35,075 bases of DNA, taken from contig JABDJR010000003.1 of the NCBI GenBank assembly GCA_013003415.1, positions 1 through 35,075 on the forward strand. Direction: 5' to 3'. Position 1 is the stretch's first letter. Every line of letters starts with the position of its first letter. Below are positions 33,268-35,075 of the stretch, piece after piece. A program made the translations under genes and the position numbers. The DNA comes from Candidatus Eiseniibacteriota bacterium (GTDB lineage Bacteria; Eisenbacteria; RBG-16-71-46; JABDJR01). Below the pieces are notes generated by a model that was not told the DNA's origin, searched no databases, and saw nothing but the letters and a program-made list of their open reading frames with translations.

Positions 33268-35075
33268 CTAGGGTTCCGTGACCTCTTCTTGAGGGCTAGT
33301 GAAGACGAATCGAAAAGCCCTCTGCACAGCGTTGAGTATGTCGTGAAGCACCAGGTAAGAAGCCGGAACCATGAGGAGGATAATGAAGGTGGCGAAAAGA
33401 ACACCAAAGGCCAGTGATACCGCAATGGGAATCAGGAATTGAGCCTGAACGCTCTTTTCGAGCAACATAGGAGTCAGCCCGGCCACGGTGGTCAGCGACG
33501 TGAGCAAGATAGCGCGAAAGCGCTTTGGCCCTGCCTTGAGCACACTTTCTTCAAGCGACATGCCCGATCTTCGATACACATTGATCTGATCCACCAAAAC
33601 AATACTGTCGTTCACCACAACTCCAGAAAGGGCCACGATTCCAAACATGCTGAGGATGGTGAGATTCATACCCAAGAGCATGTGGCCCCAAATCGCACCC
33701 ACCAAACCAAAAGGAATCGCCAGCATGACCACTAAGGGTTGGGTGTAGGAACGAAACGGAATCGCCATGAGGGTGTAGATGATGATCAGCGCAAACATGA
33801 AGCCGCGTCGTAAACCACCCATGGTTTCTCGCTGCTGTTGCTGCTCACCCTCAAAGGAATAGGTGACTCCGGGAAACTCGCTAAGGAGCTGTGGGAGAAA
33901 GGTTGCTTGTACCGAAGCAAGAATCTCGTTTGCGTTGCCGGTATCTTCATCGACATCCGCGAGCACCGAAATAGTTCGGTTTCTGTCCGCCCTGGAGATG
34001 GTGGCGTAGCCTCGCCCCAACTCCGCTGTAGCCACGGCGGAAAAGGGAACTTCGCCACCGGCTTGTGTACGGACGCGCATGTTCTCCAGCCCGGCCAACG
34101 AATGACGACGGTCTTTCGGGTAGCGGACCATCACTTTGACCTCGTCGCGCCCGCGTTGGATGCGTTGGGCCTCTTCTCCGTAGAATCCGGCCCGCACTTG
34201 AGCGGCTAAGTCTGAGAGGGAAAGTCCCAAGGCTTCGGCTTCGGGTTTGATCTGCAAGAGCAGCTCCATCTTCCCCGCCTGGTAGGAGTCCGTAATATCA
34301 AAGACTCCCTGATAGGTTCCTAGATGTTCTTTGAGCCGATCCGCGGCCCCCTGCAGTTGCACCATATCCGGCCCCGCCAGCTGCACGTCAATCGGAGAGC
34401 CGGCGCTGAAGAGGGAGGCTTGGAAGCTAAGCTCTCCTCCGGGGATCTCCCCAACAAGTTCGCGCCACCGGCTAGCAATTTCCGGGCTGGACATCGTGCG
34501 CGTCTCAGAAGGCGCAAGCTCCAAAGAAACTTCCGCCAAGTGCGCGGCCGAAAACCCGGTGGAGGTCGGATCGTTGGCTTGAGCCTGGGTGAACGGTTGC
34601 GATCCAATGGAGCTCAGCATGTGCTTCACCACCGAATCTCCATTCTCTTCGGTGCCAAGTTCCGTGCGGAGTTGTTCGGCGGCGGCTTCGAGTTTGGCCA
34701 CCGCTCCCGAAGTTGTGGCCACGGGTGTTCCCAACGGTAGGGTTAGGGTTGCCACCACCGTGTCGGATTCCACCTTGGGAAAAAATGTGAAGGCGATTCT
34801 TCCACTCCCAATCAGTCCCACCGTAATCAATAGCAGGCAGCTGAAGCCAGCCAAGGTGAGATAGCGCCAACGCACGGCAAAGCTCAAGGACGGCTTGTAG
34901 GAGCGCTCCACCAGGATCTCCTGAAAATGATTGATGCGTCTTCGCATGCGGGTCCAGAGTCCGCTAATGCCGGGGCGGGGCGAACCACTTGTGGAAGGCT
35001 TGAGATGAGACAAGTGATTGGGGAGGATGAGTTTTGATTCGACCAGCGAGAAAAGGAGAGTCGGGATCACAATCA
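33268..35075 (-). CDS. RND efflux permease (AcrB/HAE-like), C-terminal ~600 aa; 5' end lies outside the window
   Basis: The open frame runs to the window edge. It has the second large periplasmic loop plus TM8-12, with TM10 motif ALSGVVVNDSIVLVDQIN. The apparent GTG start at 35070 is a window artefact. Confidence 0.88.
   Translation of the reverse strand, partial: IVIPTLLFSLVESKLILPNHLSHLKPSTSGSPRPGISGLWTRMRRRINHFQEILVERSYKPSLSFAVRWRYLTLAGFSCLLLITVGLIGSGRIAFTFFPKVESDTVVATLTLPLGTPVATTSGAVAKLEAAAEQLRTELGTEENGDSVVKHMLSSIGSQPFTQAQANDPTSTGFSAAHLAEVSLELAPSETRTMSSPEIASRWRELVGEIPGGELSFQASLFSAGSPIDVQLAGPDMVQLQGAADRLKEHLGTYQGVFDITDSYQAGKMELLLQIKPEAEALGLSLSDLAAQVRAGFYGEEAQRIQRGRDEVKVMVRYPKDRRHSLAGLENMRVRTQAGGEVPFSAVATAELGRGYATISRADRNRTISVLADVDEDTGNANEILASVQATFLPQLLSEFPGVTYSFEGEQQQQRETMGGLRRGFMFALIIIYTLMAIPFRSYTQPLVVMLAIPFGLVGAIWGHMLLGMNLTILSMFGIVALSGVVVNDSIVLVDQINVYRRSGMSLEESVLKAGPKRFRAILLTSLTTVAGLTPMLLEKSVQAQFLIPIAVSLAFGVLFATFIILLMVPASYLVLHDILNAVQRAFRFVFTSPQEEVTEP

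Noticed and set aside
35068-35075. GTG at 35070 as the start of the third RND gene
   Set aside because: The frame is open to the window edge, and the sequence corresponds to the middle of an RND permease (around TM6-7). The gene is truncated by the window.

Overview
Bacterial chromosomal segment of moderate GC content; I cannot assign a phylum from the sequence. It has three parts.

(1) Positions 1-15,880, plus strand. The 3' end of tuf runs into an uninterrupted S10-spc-alpha ribosomal-protein superoperon: rpsJ to rplQ, including secY, adk, map and rpoA. Many genes are tightly spaced or overlap. rpmJ is missing from the ORF track and was found by hand. infA is absent from its usual slot. The unit ends in a clear intrinsic terminator.

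(2) Positions 16,000-22,400, an accessory block. It holds a GT4 glycosyltransferase and a GHL10/DUF187-type secreted hydrolase-like protein. It also holds a minus-strand pair: a cysteine-poor (zincless) plant/fungal-like Fpg glycosylase, followed 13 nt later by a 1018-aa three-domain fusion. The fusion reads APH-type kinase, then M23 peptidase-like domain, then AGXT2L-like class-III PLP enzyme.

(3) Positions 22,400-35,075, all minus strand, an efflux supercluster. The order is: partial RND permease, terminator, two diverged tandem paralogs of a secreted NHL-like beta-propeller protein, strong terminator, lipoprotein membrane-fusion protein, then two divergent RND permeases that are translationally coupled.

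I recognised no rRNA, tRNA, CRISPR array, transposase, integrase, phage gene or known defence gene. The most unusual items are the terminator-bracketed beta-propeller pair inside the RND cluster, the kinase-M23-phospholyase fusion and the zincless Fpg. All functional readings of these are hypotheses. No database search was possible.
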